From assembly GCA_964016885.1 (NCBI GenBank), contig OZ024745.1:52018001-52082000 (forward strand): DNA of 64,000 bases. Direction: 5' to 3'. A program made the position numbers and the translations under genes. Of this stretch, positions 14,836-27,472 are shown one piece after another (the first letter of the stretch is position 1; every line of letters starts with the position of its first letter). The notes beneath the pieces were generated by a model, which was not told where the DNA came from, did no database searches, and worked only from the letters and a program-made list of their open reading frames with translations. The DNA is from Eledone cirrhosa (taxonomy: Eukaryota).

Positions 14836-14837
<2 letters not shown>
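13827..14837. repeat. Partial tandem (period ~543) with terminal 88-bp inverted copy, between (TA)n runs
   Basis: 13827-14225 is repeated at 14370-14750; 14268-14355 is inverted at 14750-14837. Confidence 0.8.
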
Positions 14838-14884
<47 letters not shown>

Positions 14885-14915
14885 ATGTGTACGTATATAT
14901 ATATATATATATATA

Positions 14916-15102
14916 TAGGAAAAAGTATGTCCCCGACGGCAGAGCTGAAGCCGTTTCGACCGGCTATTTCTGGACGTCGAAACGCCTTGAGCACTTCCGT
15001 CGGGGTCATACTTTTTTCCTATTTCCCACTCACTCTACTACCCTAAGTATTGAGTAATCTGGTGCGGTACGGTCCATTTGGTTCCTTACCACATTTCCTT
15101 TG

Positions 15103-15105
<3 letters not shown>
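14916..15105 (+). mobile_element. Family B fold-back PLE terminus, copy 1
   Basis: Imperfect inverted arms TAGGAAAAAGTATG.CCCCGACGG../..CCGTCGGGGTCATACTTTTTTCCTA plus an ~85-nt tail, flanked by (TA)n. Homologous to 47772 and 48382. Confidence 0.75.
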
Positions 15106-15144
<39 letters not shown>

Positions 15145-15254
15145 ATAATAATAAAATTGAAGACTAAAATCCAGAGAGGGCTCGATAAGGAAAATATATA
15201 TCAAATATATAAGAACCGAAGAGCAAATATTTATTAAAATAACAGATTAAAGTT

Positions 15255-16202
15255 ACCCTCAATTTATTGAATGGGTTGCATTACCCGTATAGAAAGCCGA
15301 ATGATACGCTTAATTACATAAGTAAGCATTCCAACCATCCTGCCAGCATAACCAAGAACCTGGTAAAAAACGTTTCGTTGAGGCTTTCCCGTCTTTCCAC
15401 CAACGAGCGCATTTTCAACGACCATTCCACTTATTACAATGAAGCTCTTGCTCGAAGTGGATTTGTCGATAAGGTAGCATATACAGAGTACGAGAATAGA
15501 CCTAGAAGAAATAGATCCCGTCGCATTTGTTGGTTTAACCCACCATATAATATGGAGGTGGCCACACCATTAGCTAAGATCTTTCTTTCCCTTATTACGA
15601 AGCATTTTCCCCCTACACATAAACATACTAACATTTTTAATAGAAACACTATTAAAATTTCTTACTCAACGACTCCTAACCTTGCACATAACATCACAGC
15701 TTCAAATTTAGCTAAAATACCTAGCCGTAGGAACACGTGCAACCCTGTAGTTAGTACTAACTGTAATTGTAGGAATCGGGCTGATTGTCCCCTATCCGGG
15801 AAATGCCTCTCTAGTAACATTGTCTACAAATGTAAGGTTGTAACACCCACGTCCCGTAGGGCCTACATAGGGTTAACCGCCAATAGTTTCAAGCAGCGTC
15901 TTTACATGCATACCCATTCTTTTCGTTACCCTCTAAGAAGGAATATGACGTCACTTTCAGCTTATATCTGGAGTCTAAAAGACAACCACACCCAATATAA
16001 GTTACACTGGGAGATCCTAGCTAGGGCTAGATCGTATAACGGAAATAAAAGACCATGTGACCTCTGCGCCGCTGAGGCCCTGGAAATACTCTACGCCACA
16101 GACTACATCTTAAACAAAAAATCTGAGGCAATTTCGGCTTGTAAACATAAATTGCACAAAACTTTCCTGTATTACAGCCCTACGTTATACCCTAACGGAT
16201 AG
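15255..16202 (+). pseudogene. PLE RT thumb + Zn-finger linker + GIY-YIG endonuclease (uninterrupted but 5'-truncated frame)
   Basis: YPYRKPN..YI...SNHP, RRICWFNPPY, CNCR...CPLSGKCL, VYKC.V....YIGLTANSFKQRL..H..SF, T.LS.YIW.LK, C.LC..E, LNKK.E....C.H. Confidence 0.9.
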
Positions 16203-17111
16203 CACGATCTATACGTGGATATTTACGTCTTGATGTGGGAGCTAAGTATATGTTTTGTTTATTCCTTTACTTTTTGCATAGGTAAGTATATATTACCCGT
16301 ATGTTTTGTGAAGGTATGTATACCTTCTCGTACGTATATTTGACTGTTTTGCCGTATAATTTTTACATATTCTGGTATTTAGGGCTTGGTTATGTGTATA
16401 TGGGAGTTTTGCGTCTGCGTGAGTATGCAGGTTCGTACGTATGGTAGGTGTGTGTATATGTGTACTTCTTGTTTTAGTTGACTTACGTCTCCGAACCTTC
16501 ATGTATTTATTTGTAGGTATGTGTGTGCGCTTGTTATATACGTATTTATTTACTTATATACGTTTATATAATTATTTATTTATTTGTACACAAGCATACA
16601 CACATGCACATATTTATATGTGCGTGGTTTTGTATACCTATGGTAAGGTTTTGCGTAGGCTTGTGTATGTACGTATCTGTTTGCGTGTATGTATTTATTT
16701 GTTCCTATTACTTTTGTATTGTATTTATTTACTTTGTTCTTAACTCTGTAGCGGAGATTCATTCGGTCTCCTAGTTAGAATTTTAGTCTACGACTTCTGC
16801 TATACCATTTACGTGGTTTTGTCTTTGCACGCTATTGTTCTCCACGCTCCACATATGACTTAGTATCTTCGTTTTTTCGTTCATTGCCAGAGAACGTCTC
16901 TATGCACCACTTAGAGAACATTAGTCTACGACCTCTTTTATACCATAAACGTGGTTCTGTCCTTGCACGTAATTGTTTTTCACCGCTCCTATTAATGACG
17001 TATTATTCGTTTTTTCCCGTTCTTTGCCAGCGAACGTCACCGTGAACCAAAGTATCGTCTTCCTGTCTTCCTCCGGTTGCAACGTTTTTTGAAATATCCA
17101 GTTCTGCGTTT

Positions 17112-17187
17112 ACAGATTGACTTTGTTAGTTTCAGAAGATCCCGTTAAGGGTGAAAGCAGCGATTCTTTGCTTAAACTTTAATCTGT
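17112..17187 (+). ncRNA. Type I hammerhead ribozyme motif, variant core (family A)
   Basis: Stem I AGTTT/AAACT, extended past a 7-nt bulge by ACAGATTGA/TTAATCTGT; core CAGAAGA; stem II CCC-GTTAA-GGG; GAAA; stem III AGCA/TGCT; predicted cleavage after CUU at 17173. Confidence 0.7.
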
Positions 17188-17255
17188 TATTTTAATAAAT
17201 ATATATATATATATATATATATACGTTATTCCGGGTTGAATCTCATCTATATTAA

Positions 17256-17379
<124 letters not shown>

Positions 17380-17424
17380 ATATATATATATATATATATA
17401 CAAAATTAAATTAAGGTGTGTCAA

Positions 17425-19321
17425 GTCTGAAGTTTGAAATATACGGCTACTACTCATCGATCTCCCCCATACTGCTAAATAAAGCGCTTATCCTAGCTAA
17501 GTCTAATACTAGCCTCACTAAGAAAGAGATAGCTATAGTGCTCGCAGCGCGTAGAACTATTATCAAGTTCGATGGCTCACACTGGACCAGAACCAACCGT
17601 CCTGATAACTTTGATATCACGATGGGGTCCATTGACTCAGCGCAAATAACTGACCTGGTCGGGATATACCTCCTCCAGTGAATTAGGGACGAGATACCGG
17701 CTCTGCAGGGCGGGGTATATAGGGACGATGTCCTGTTTACCGTGCGAAGCCACAGCCCCCGCAGGATAGAGAACACAGGTTCTTTAAGACGTAAGGCCTA
17801 TCAGTGACAATGGACCTCAACCACCAAATATTCAATTTCCTAGACGTAACTCTGGTGTTGAGCACGTTTCTATACAAGCCATACTAAATGCCGGTTTTAA
17901 CCGGAGAATCTTCTACATGCTTAACGCTAGCTCTAGAAACCAACCCCAACATAGGACTAATGTTATAGTGAGCCATACCTATAACAGAGCACGCTTCAGC
18001 CATGACAGCGTCAACAACTATAGTATAGAGAAGCACACTAAGAAACCTGGCCACACTGTTAATTACACGAGTGGCGACCAAGAAAACCGACAGTATGGTA
18101 AGTGTTACCCGATTGGCAACGCCACCCGCTGGAGCCTATTGGAATTATTCCCTAACTATAGGATCAGCAACGGCGGCGGCCTATTATCGACACCCTCTAA
18201 CCTGCGTCTAGCCACACATAAAAATTACGGAGGGAAAGCGCCCCTACATGAACATAAAGTAATGGGGACGCATAACCGGCTACAGCACAGGAACAACCGT
18301 AAGTACTGTCAACTAGGAAGCACAGCCTATAGCAAACCCACTGTAAAGCGGAAACGCCACCGTAATATCATATGGTTCCACCACCCCACTACTCTCGGAG
18401 TGTGGCCTCCGACATACCGAGGATATTCTTCGAAGCCTTGGAGAGGAATTTCCCACATAATCATAAATACAGAAAAATACTTAACAGGAACAATATCAAA
18501 ATATCCTTCTCTATCACCTCCAATCTAGCTGATATCACAGGAGAACCAATCACAGTAAGATCAACAAAACACTACACCTTAGCACAGATACATCTAAACC
18601 TGACAACAACACTAATAAGCTTAACATCCCCCTAACAGCACCAAATAGGGTTGGTGACAGCCCCGGCAGACGAAACCCACGTAACCAGGGCGTAATTGTA
18701 GAATGTACCGGTGACCCACACGCGTCACCCACCGGCAACAGAACGGGCTGCGGCGTGCGGAATAATAATGGTACATCACCGCACGCCTCGAGAGATAACA
18801 GTACCAACCACGGAGTTAGAGACATAGATAACCATATAGGTAGCAATAGTAATAGCTTTAATTCAGGAACTAGGAGCGATCGTGACGGAAAATGCAACTG
18901 TCGTGACAGGGGAGGGTGCCCTCTGAGGGGAAACTGCCTGACTAATAAGGTTATTTATAGTTGCACCGTGACTAGCCATAGCGGAGTTAAACAGTATATA
19001 GGGGCCACCTCTGGCCAGATTAAAACGAGACTTAGAACGCATCTCCACTCTTTCCGGAACAAAAAACTAATGCACTCCACATCGCTTGCCAACTACGTCA
19101 CCACCTTACAAAACATCAACATAAGCTTCTCCACACACTGGGATATTGTCGGTAGGGTTGCACCCCACAACTTCAGGGGGATATGCCAGCTCTGCCTCAT
19201 GGAGCTGTACTACATCATAAGAAAACCCCACGAGCTCATAAACAGCCGACCGGAATCAGTCATAAATTATAAACACTGGGTGCAGGCGTCGTATTTTGCC
19301 TGGGAAGCGACTACGACATGA
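17425..19321 (+). pseudogene. Second Naiad-type PLE: RT + GIY-YIG, with stops and frameshifts (element ~17401-19787)
   Basis: F.I..YYSSIS, FDITMGSIDSAQITDLVGIYLL, GVYRDDVL, RKRHRNIIWF, CNCRDRGGCPLRGNCL, IYSCTV...YIGATSG.IKTRL..H..SF, C.LCL.E. Confidence 0.9.
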
Positions 19322-19783
19322 AAACTACGAACTGGGTCCCCCTGCGCTAACCATAACCTCCCGGTGGGCAGGCGGTATGAACAAACATCTGTGAACCAAA
19401 TGTACATCGCAGACCATGCTCTAACAAGCATTAGTGAAGCAACATCCTCTAAATAATAAATGTACACCCCAGACACGACCTGTACTGGCACTAGTGAAAC
19501 AACACACATAATATAAAGATGCTAAACACCAGCATATGAATAGGTATGAACATCTAAATGGCAATGGATTGTTTGAACACCGGCCAGAGTTACTCCCCCT
19601 GCTCTGCGATAATAACAACCCATGCACAGACGAGAAGAATGAACTATGATGTTAATTTAACCGTGAAATCCCTCCTGTGTCCTATATTGATCATCGTTTT
19701 GTTTTCCATTCCGGGCGAAATGTACGTAGGCGCACTGTTATATAAACATATTCTAACGGTTTTAAACTCCTTGTATTCATTTC

Positions 19784-19823
<40 letters not shown>

Positions 19824-19827
<4 letters not shown>

Positions 19828-20142
19828 ATAATAATAAATGTGAAGACTAAAATCCAAAGAGAGCTCGATAAGGATAGATATATATCAAATATATAAGAAC
19901 CGTAGAGCAAATATTTATTAAAATAACAGATTAAAGTTTAAGCAGAGAATCGCTGCTTTCATCCTTAACGGGATTTTCTAAAACTCAGAAGATTCCGTTA
20001 AGGGTGAAAGCAGCGATTCTTTGCTTAAACTTTAATCTGTTATTTTAATAAATATTTGCTCTACGGTTCTTATATATTTGATATATATTTATCCTTATCG
20101 AGCCCTCTTTGGATTTTAGTCTTCAAATTTATTATTATTACT
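19824..20142. mobile_element. Family A fold-back palindrome (~160-bp arms)
   Basis: Left arm is the reverse complement of the right arm; turn at ~19985 next to the CAGAAGA core; (TA)n on both sides. Confidence 0.9.
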
Positions 20143-20160
20143 ATATATATATATGTACAT

Positions 20161-20239
<79 letters not shown>

Positions 20240-20640
20240 TGTATATATATATACACATGGACACAATTGAAGAGGAAGTCCAAGTTTAAGGGAAAAGCAA
20301 ACAAGATAAGGAGAAAAAAAACTTTACTTACTGTCCCTACTGCACTTTCTTTGAGGAAATAACGGTACTTTGAGTAGATCATCGCCAGAAATCTCAAATC
20401 ATCAGGAGACATTCTTTGTCCAGAAAGAAAATTCAAGTTAACATTCCTAGCCCTTCGCTGCCAGTGAAAATGTCGAATGCCAGAACTATCACATGGCGAG
20501 TTACCAACAGGAGGGAACTAAATGTGATCATTGGAAGGGTACGTGCTGCTAGATAAAGTAGTTCGATTCGGCCAAATTTTGAATCTACCATAAGGGGTGA
20601 GTTACAAATTAAATGAAGAAATATATATATCTCTACAAAA

Positions 20641-20749
<109 letters not shown>

Positions 20750-20764
20750 ATATTTATATATATA

Positions 20765-20825
<61 letters not shown>

Positions 20826-21346
20826 TATATTATTTTATAAATGCATGCTTGCGTTTGTTTATAAAAGTAGACTGGCATAATTCCGTAGCACAGAAAAAAA
20901 CAAAACAGAAGGATCTATGCAACATACATAGTTTGGAATATACCAGTATAGTTATCCTCAACACAGTCTCTTTCTTACGATTAGTTTCCAACCCTGCATA
21001 GCTTAGAGCATGCATATGGATTTCCGCATGTGTGACGTTCATTCAAATAACTATAAAGCAAAGTGACTGGCGTTACCTATACGGGATCTATTTAAATAAT
21101 TCTTTTCGCATTCAGTGAGGATAACTCTTGCTAATTTTAACTTATTAAGCTCATACTTGTTATACTAAAGTGGGTTTGGGAAACATATGTATGCCTGTAT
21201 GCAAATATACGTATCCGAATATGTTGTTATTTCAGATTGTTGTAGGTTTGTTATATTACTGGCCAATCCTACAAGAAGGTGTGAGCTCATGTATGAGAAT
21301 GTCCTTAACAACCCGGCTTTATTGTTCAGATAATTGGTAGAGGACT

Positions 21347-21700
21347 TCAAAATCTGCAACATTCTCTATTTCTCAGTAATGCAAAGTGAACATTTTGGGG
21401 TTTCTTTGCTATAGCGCTCAATTCTACCTTGTGTGGTATGTTTTTGTCATTAAGGTCCCATATTCTGTTGGCCAATACCATTCGTCTTCTCTTATGCTGG
21501 TGTCTAAATAACGCGATATGTGAGTAGTGAGGCGGTTCAAAGCTATATTTTGTTATACCCACATACCGTTCATTTGGTTGGCCGTTTACTGTTGGTGTAA
21601 TCATGAATCCATAGACATAAGCTGCCTGGGTTGTCACGCTTTTTGTTGTTATTTTTACTTAATCGATAGGTCGCAAGACAGGTATCCTTCAGCGTCTGCC
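21347..21700 (-). pseudogene. Degenerate Naiad-type GIY-YIG endonuclease fragment
   Basis: VYGFMIT...YVGITKYSF...YSH...FRH..KR..MVLANRIWDLNDKN parallels the ORF at 15255. Confidence 0.7.
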
Positions 21701-22451
21701 AGGTAAATATCTTATTATACCAATGTTATTCCTATTCATCCTTTGACTTTACTGCTATTCGTTCGTACATATGTTACCTTAACATTAAAACCACTGTCAT
21801 TAAGGATTTTATTATTTATGCGGTGGTCTTATCGAATATTTCTTTAGACGAAGATAAAACTGAGATCCTAACGACTAATGTTAGTTCTCTAGGGAATGAC
21901 AAATGTTATTGGAGACTACTAGGCCAGCGTCACGATATTAGTCAAAGAGTGGGATTAAATATAATAGGAGGAAGGTCTCTTTGCGGCACCATAGATGCCC
22001 GATACCAACGCAGGAATTTTTCTGTATATATTATACCTGCTGGAGACCATCTCTCTCCAGACTGAAAAATAACAGTTGTGTTCCAGAGAAGGAGAGAGAG
22101 AGGGGGGGGGGGAGAGAATGAGAAAGGGAGAAATGAAAGAGAGATAGAGAGAGGAGAGGGATGGGGTAGTGAGTCAATAAAGAAACAGAGTACGAACCAA
22201 TACGAGTACCAGATTGCTAATTATGTATTAGCATCAAAAGGGAGAAACGTTAATTGTACCGATGTTTGAGAAAAACACATTGTACATTGAGTTGTGACAA
22301 CTCTGCCACCATGCCTTGCATACTCATACACACGCACACACATACACACATACGTGCACACACAAACACACACACACACATATATATGTGTATATGTATA
22401 TATACACTCACACGTACACACACACACATATATATATATATACATATACAC

Positions 22452-22482
<31 letters not shown>

Positions 22483-22490
22483 ATATATAC

Positions 22491-22564
<74 letters not shown>

Positions 22565-23201
22565 GTGTATATGTCTGCATGTGTGTGTATGCGGCTCCTT
22601 GTGCGTGTTTTTTTGTTTGAGTGTATTTGTATATATGTGTAAATATCCCAAGGCCTTCCTCTAAAGGTAGAGTTAATTCTAATTCAGTATACGAATTTTT
22701 GAGATATTTCTTTTCTACTGTGTGTACTTCTGCGTATATATGCCTATTCACATCTGCGATGAAAACTTCCCTAATGCTAACTATAATGAATGGACGGGTT
22801 GCGTTTGTTTGAATTATTTACAATAGATAGTTAAATACATCCGTGTTTATTGTGTAGAGACCTCTTAGTAAGAATCTGAAGCAAATTCAATTTGTCAAGC
22901 GATCAATCTTCTTAGTGAGAAATTCATGAGAAATATCGATTAGGCGTGTCTTGCATGGCTAAATACGTTTAGGGAAATTTTGGCTTTCTTGCACACATGT
23001 CCCATCTGGCATAATGTCAGCGCAGCAAAAGTTTTTCCTTTAATTGTAGCTCGGAATTATCAAAGCTATTGTTCACATATGTATCGTATTCAAAACGGAG
23101 CGAAATTACTTTTATATGAACATAAACTTTACATTTCCTTCAAAACAAGTGGTGCATTTTTTATACATTTGAGCATATATAGAAACACACGAACCTAAAT
23201 A

Positions 23202-23408
<207 letters not shown>

Positions 23409-23636
23409 TGGAAAACGAAAAATCACTGATGCATCGGTACACAATGTATTGTGTATTACAATTGTTTCCCCGGCGAGGTGCAATCTGTGTGTGGATCTAC
23501 CTCACTCTAACCTCGCAGGTTCCTTGGACACGTCTATTGATTTCGGTGCATGTCCTCTTTGGGAGCATAGAGTGTTCAACAGGCATACCGCCGATGGAAG
23601 CACCTTAGCTATCATTAGACATATATATATATATAT

Positions 23637-23836
23637 TGTGAGAAAAAGCACAAACCCTCCATCTCAATTCTACTTTTGAAAAGCAGAGGAACTGCGAAAC
23701 CGGTAAAGGAACCAAATAAATATATATATATTTTTTAAAAGACTCCAGTTGCATTTTCGATTTCACCTTTTATCCTTATACTTTCACTCGTGTAGGACAC
23801 ATCTGTTATTTTTTATTTTGCAGAAAAACCGTCACA

Positions 23837-23842
<6 letters not shown>
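23637..23842. repeat. Unclassified ~200-bp dispersed repeat, copy 2 (TA-flanked)
   Basis: Homologous to 12531-12736. Confidence 0.8.
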
Positions 23843-23878
<36 letters not shown>

Positions 23879-23904
23879 CATATATATTCTCCTTCCGCCA
23901 TGTT

Positions 23905-23988
23905 TTCTTCTTCTTCTTCTTCTTCTTCTTCTTCTTCTTCTTCTTCTTCTTCTTCTTCTTCTTCTTCTTCTTCTTCTTCTTCTTCTTC
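23905..23988. repeat. (TTC)n microsatellite, possibly the (GAA)n tail of a minus-strand LINE remnant
   Basis: Pure TTC run. The adjacent minus strand reads DRNRRK just before the tail, resembling an RTE C-terminus (weak). Confidence 0.8.
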
Positions 23989-24218
23989 ATTTCTCACTTA
24001 CGGCAGTTCATGGTAGTCCTTCCTTCGATTCCTATCTGAAATAGGTCTCCAATTGATGCGGCTGAAACCAGATAAGAGTCATACCGAAATGATGCATCTT
24101 ATGCCACCGTCTTGCTCGGAGTCCACCACAAGGTTACCTCAGGGTTATAAAATCTGGGCAGCGATACATTCCTGAAAGATTCTCACCCCGTGCCCGGCCG
24201 GAAGTGTGAGATCAAACG

Positions 24219-24266
<48 letters not shown>

Positions 24267-24281
24267 ATGTATGTGTGTATA

Positions 24282-24773
<492 letters not shown>

Positions 24774-25051
24774 GTAATAATAATAGATTTGAAGACTAAA
24801 ATCAATATATACATAGTAATAATAATAGATATGAAGACTAAAATCAAGTATGTACACGTACAATCATATATGTATACAGACGTACAGTAGTATGTATATA
24901 TATATACATACATGCAAACATATATATATGTACGTATCGATTCACCGAACATTTATTATAATGCTCGGTGTGTTTGTAAACAAACATCCCGTATTAAGCC
25001 GTAGTGTCTAGCAACCATCATTGCTCGTTTAATTCAACACTGACAAAGGAA

Positions 25052-25092
25052 CGCTGTACTAGTTTCAAGCTTATTAGCTATCGTCGGCAACG
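25052..25092 (-). ncRNA. Minimal type I hammerhead motif (unit 1)
   Basis: Minus strand CGTTG-CCGACGA-T-AGCT-AATA-AGCT-T-GAAA-CTAG-TA-CAGCG; palindromic CTAG stem III; U4C in this copy. Confidence 0.8.
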
Positions 25093-25473
25093 TATATCTT
25101 CCTGTCAGATTGTTGAACGTATATACTTACCTTATGCATATTAACGGCTGAGTAGCCCAATTTGCATATCGAGTGGGTTAATCGGCCGGGTGTACCGAAA
25201 ACGATAAACGGGAAAAATGAAACGAAATTTCATTTCCCACTCTTAGTACGGCTGTTATATAAATATAAGTATGTACTCGTACATACATATATGTATACAG
25301 ACGTACAGTAGTATGTATATATATATACATGCATGCAAAGATATATATATATATACGTATTGATTCACCGAACATTTATTATAATGCTCGGTGTGTTTGT
25401 AAACAAACATTCCGTATTAAGCCGTAGTGTCTAGCAACCATCATTGCTCGTTTGTTCAACACTGACAAAGAAA

Positions 25474-25514
25474 CGCTGTATTAGTTTCAAGCTTATTAGC
25501 TATCGTCAGCAACG
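25474..25514 (-). ncRNA. Minimal type I hammerhead motif (unit 2)
   Basis: Minus strand CGTTG-CTGACGA-T-AGCT-AATA-AGCT-T-GAAA-CTAA-TA-CAGCG; canonical core, one change in stem III. Confidence 0.8.
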
Positions 25515-25814
25515 TATCCTGCCAGCTTGTTGAACGTATATACTTACCTTATGCATATTAACGGCTGAGTAGCCCAATTTGCATATCGAGTGGGCTACTC
25601 AGCATTTAATATGCATAAGGTATATATATATTCTCGGACCGGCTGATGCGTTATGTCTTTGAGCAAGACACTTTATTTCACCTTTCCACTACTTGGATTT
25701 GCGACCGATAGTATAAGCAATTGGAGAGACCAATATAAACATTGTTTCTTTGGTCCGATCTGACGAGGTCCACTGCACGCGCCCCGTGATTGAGGTATGG
25801 GATCTTATCGATCG

Positions 25815-25946
<132 letters not shown>

Positions 25947-25989
25947 TAAATCACAAATTTAAACAATTCTGAAAACCATACAATGCGCT

Positions 25990-26340
25990 AGAAAATTAGA
26001 ATTGACAACATGACAATAGAAGCAGGAATCTTCTGGCCGCTTTACTGTAGAAATCGGTGGATTTCAACGGTATCAGAGATATTCAGGCTGAAATCAAGAA
26101 GATCGAGGGACCGATGATGAACTTGCTGTTATTGTCAGCATTGTTGAAAGATTCGAACATCTTGTTGGCAATCTCCTTGGTGGAAATGAGGAAGCGTATA
26201 TCACCCACATATCTAGTGAAGAAAGCGCAGGTGTCGCAGGAACTGAGTACTCGGTGTTCTCATATAGGAAATGACCAGTAAAGCCGAGAGACTGGATTAC
26301 AGGGGTAGTTCAGAGGTCTGTCAGAAGGTTTGTCTCAAGA
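25990..26340 (+). pseudogene. Degenerate restriction-like endonuclease C-terminus of an R4/Dong/NeSL-type non-LTR element
   Basis: Broken frames read IRIDNMTIEA, VDF..IRDIQAEIKKIE and VLGVL, resembling the I.TD..I.A / ID..P.D.....E.EK / VGALG pattern. Confidence 0.4.
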
Positions 26341-26636
26341 AGTTCAAATGCACACACATACATACATGACACTAAGCACGCTTACATTCACGCACACACA
26401 TGCATATATCATACAAGAAATTTTAACATCTTTAACTTAAATCTGCCTCCCTAACAAATAATCTCCGATCGTTCGTTAAAGACCATCAGCCGAAATATTT
26501 GGAATTATTAAACTTGCTAAGGTAAGATTCTTTTGCTATCTTGGTAATCTCAATTTTCTGGTGCATTGTATGGTTTTCAAAATTATGCAAATTTGTGTTT
26601 CCTATTCAACAATGCTTCAAGCAAACTACAACACTT

Positions 26637-26673
<37 letters not shown>

Positions 26674-26679
<6 letters not shown>

Positions 26680-27136
26680 ATTAAATAAATGGAAACTATA
26701 TTTATAAAACCATATTTATTTCATTATATATATTTCGGGGATATCATATTAACAATATGCTATGCCTTCCTCAGACAAAATACAATATAAACAGTTTTAT
26801 AGATAAATAGATTCGACATACCGTTATAACACCGACTTGCATTTGAAGAGGTTAAGACTGCCAGCTTAACCTCTTCAAATGCAAGTCGGTGTTATAACGG
26901 TATGTCGAATCTATTTATCTATAAAACTGTTTATATTGTATTTTGTCTGAGGAAGGCATAGCATATTGTTAATATGATATCCCCGAAATATATATAATGA
27001 AATAAATATGGTTTTATAAATATAGTTTCCATTTATTTAATATTGTAAATATACTCCAAATATTTGTCGAGTGCTTTTATATCAGTTATAAATATTTACT
27101 AGTTGTAACCCAACAATTTTAAATATAACTTTCCAT
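26674..27136 (+). mobile_element. Family C fold-back element: 183-bp inverted arms plus ~90-nt tail
   Basis: 26674-26856 is the reverse complement of 26865-27047 with an 8-nt spacer ACTGCCAG; (TA)n on both sides. Confidence 0.92.
26939..27004 (+). ncRNA. Type I hammerhead motif (family C), mirrored on the minus strand at ~26717-26782
   Basis: TATTTTGT-CTGAGGA-AGG..CCC-C-GAAA-TATATA-TA-ATGAAATA; canonical core, 8-bp stem I with two G-U pairs, palindromic TATATA stem III. Confidence 0.75.
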
Positions 27137-27165
27137 GTATATATATATATATATATATATACATA

Positions 27166-27247
<82 letters not shown>

Positions 27248-27472
27248 CATACACCCACACAACCACACACTCACACACAAACACACACACACACACATAT
27301 ATATATGGTGACTGCAAACTCTGCTAAGAGAATTGCAATCTTGCAATCGCTTGTCAGATTTCAGAACCTGGTGAACCTTTAGGCTACGGCCAGTCACATG
27401 AACCTGTAACAGATTCTGAACAAGCAATGCCTGTGCTTTGAAGGTTTTTTAATTGGGGAAAGGCTTGCAGTC

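Larger units (their letters stand above)
15142..17200 (+). mobile_element. 5'-truncated Naiad-type Penelope-like element with inverted terminal fragment (family A terminus)
   Basis: Inverted tail fragment 15142-15254, ORF remnant, ~0.9-kb 3' UTR with a ~139-bp duplication (16782/16921), HHR-bearing terminus 17112-17200, (TA)n on both sides. Confidence 0.85.
24847..25622 (-). mobile_element. Non-LTR retrozyme-like tandem element (422-nt unit, ~1.8 copies)
   Basis: Unit starts at ~24847 and ~25268, one minimal HHR per unit, no ORF, terminal fold-back into (TA)n. Confidence 0.8.

Noticed and set aside
19680-19735. TTGATCA...CGAAATGTACGTA at the 3' end of the second Naiad as a hammerhead
   Set aside because: The position is suggestive, but the core has non-compensatory changes and stem I does not form adjacent to it.
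19824-20142. Family A palindromes as MITEs with TIRs and a TA target duplication
   Set aside because: Arm lengths and centre junctions differ between copies, and the same sequence is the 3' terminus of a PLE at 17112-17200.
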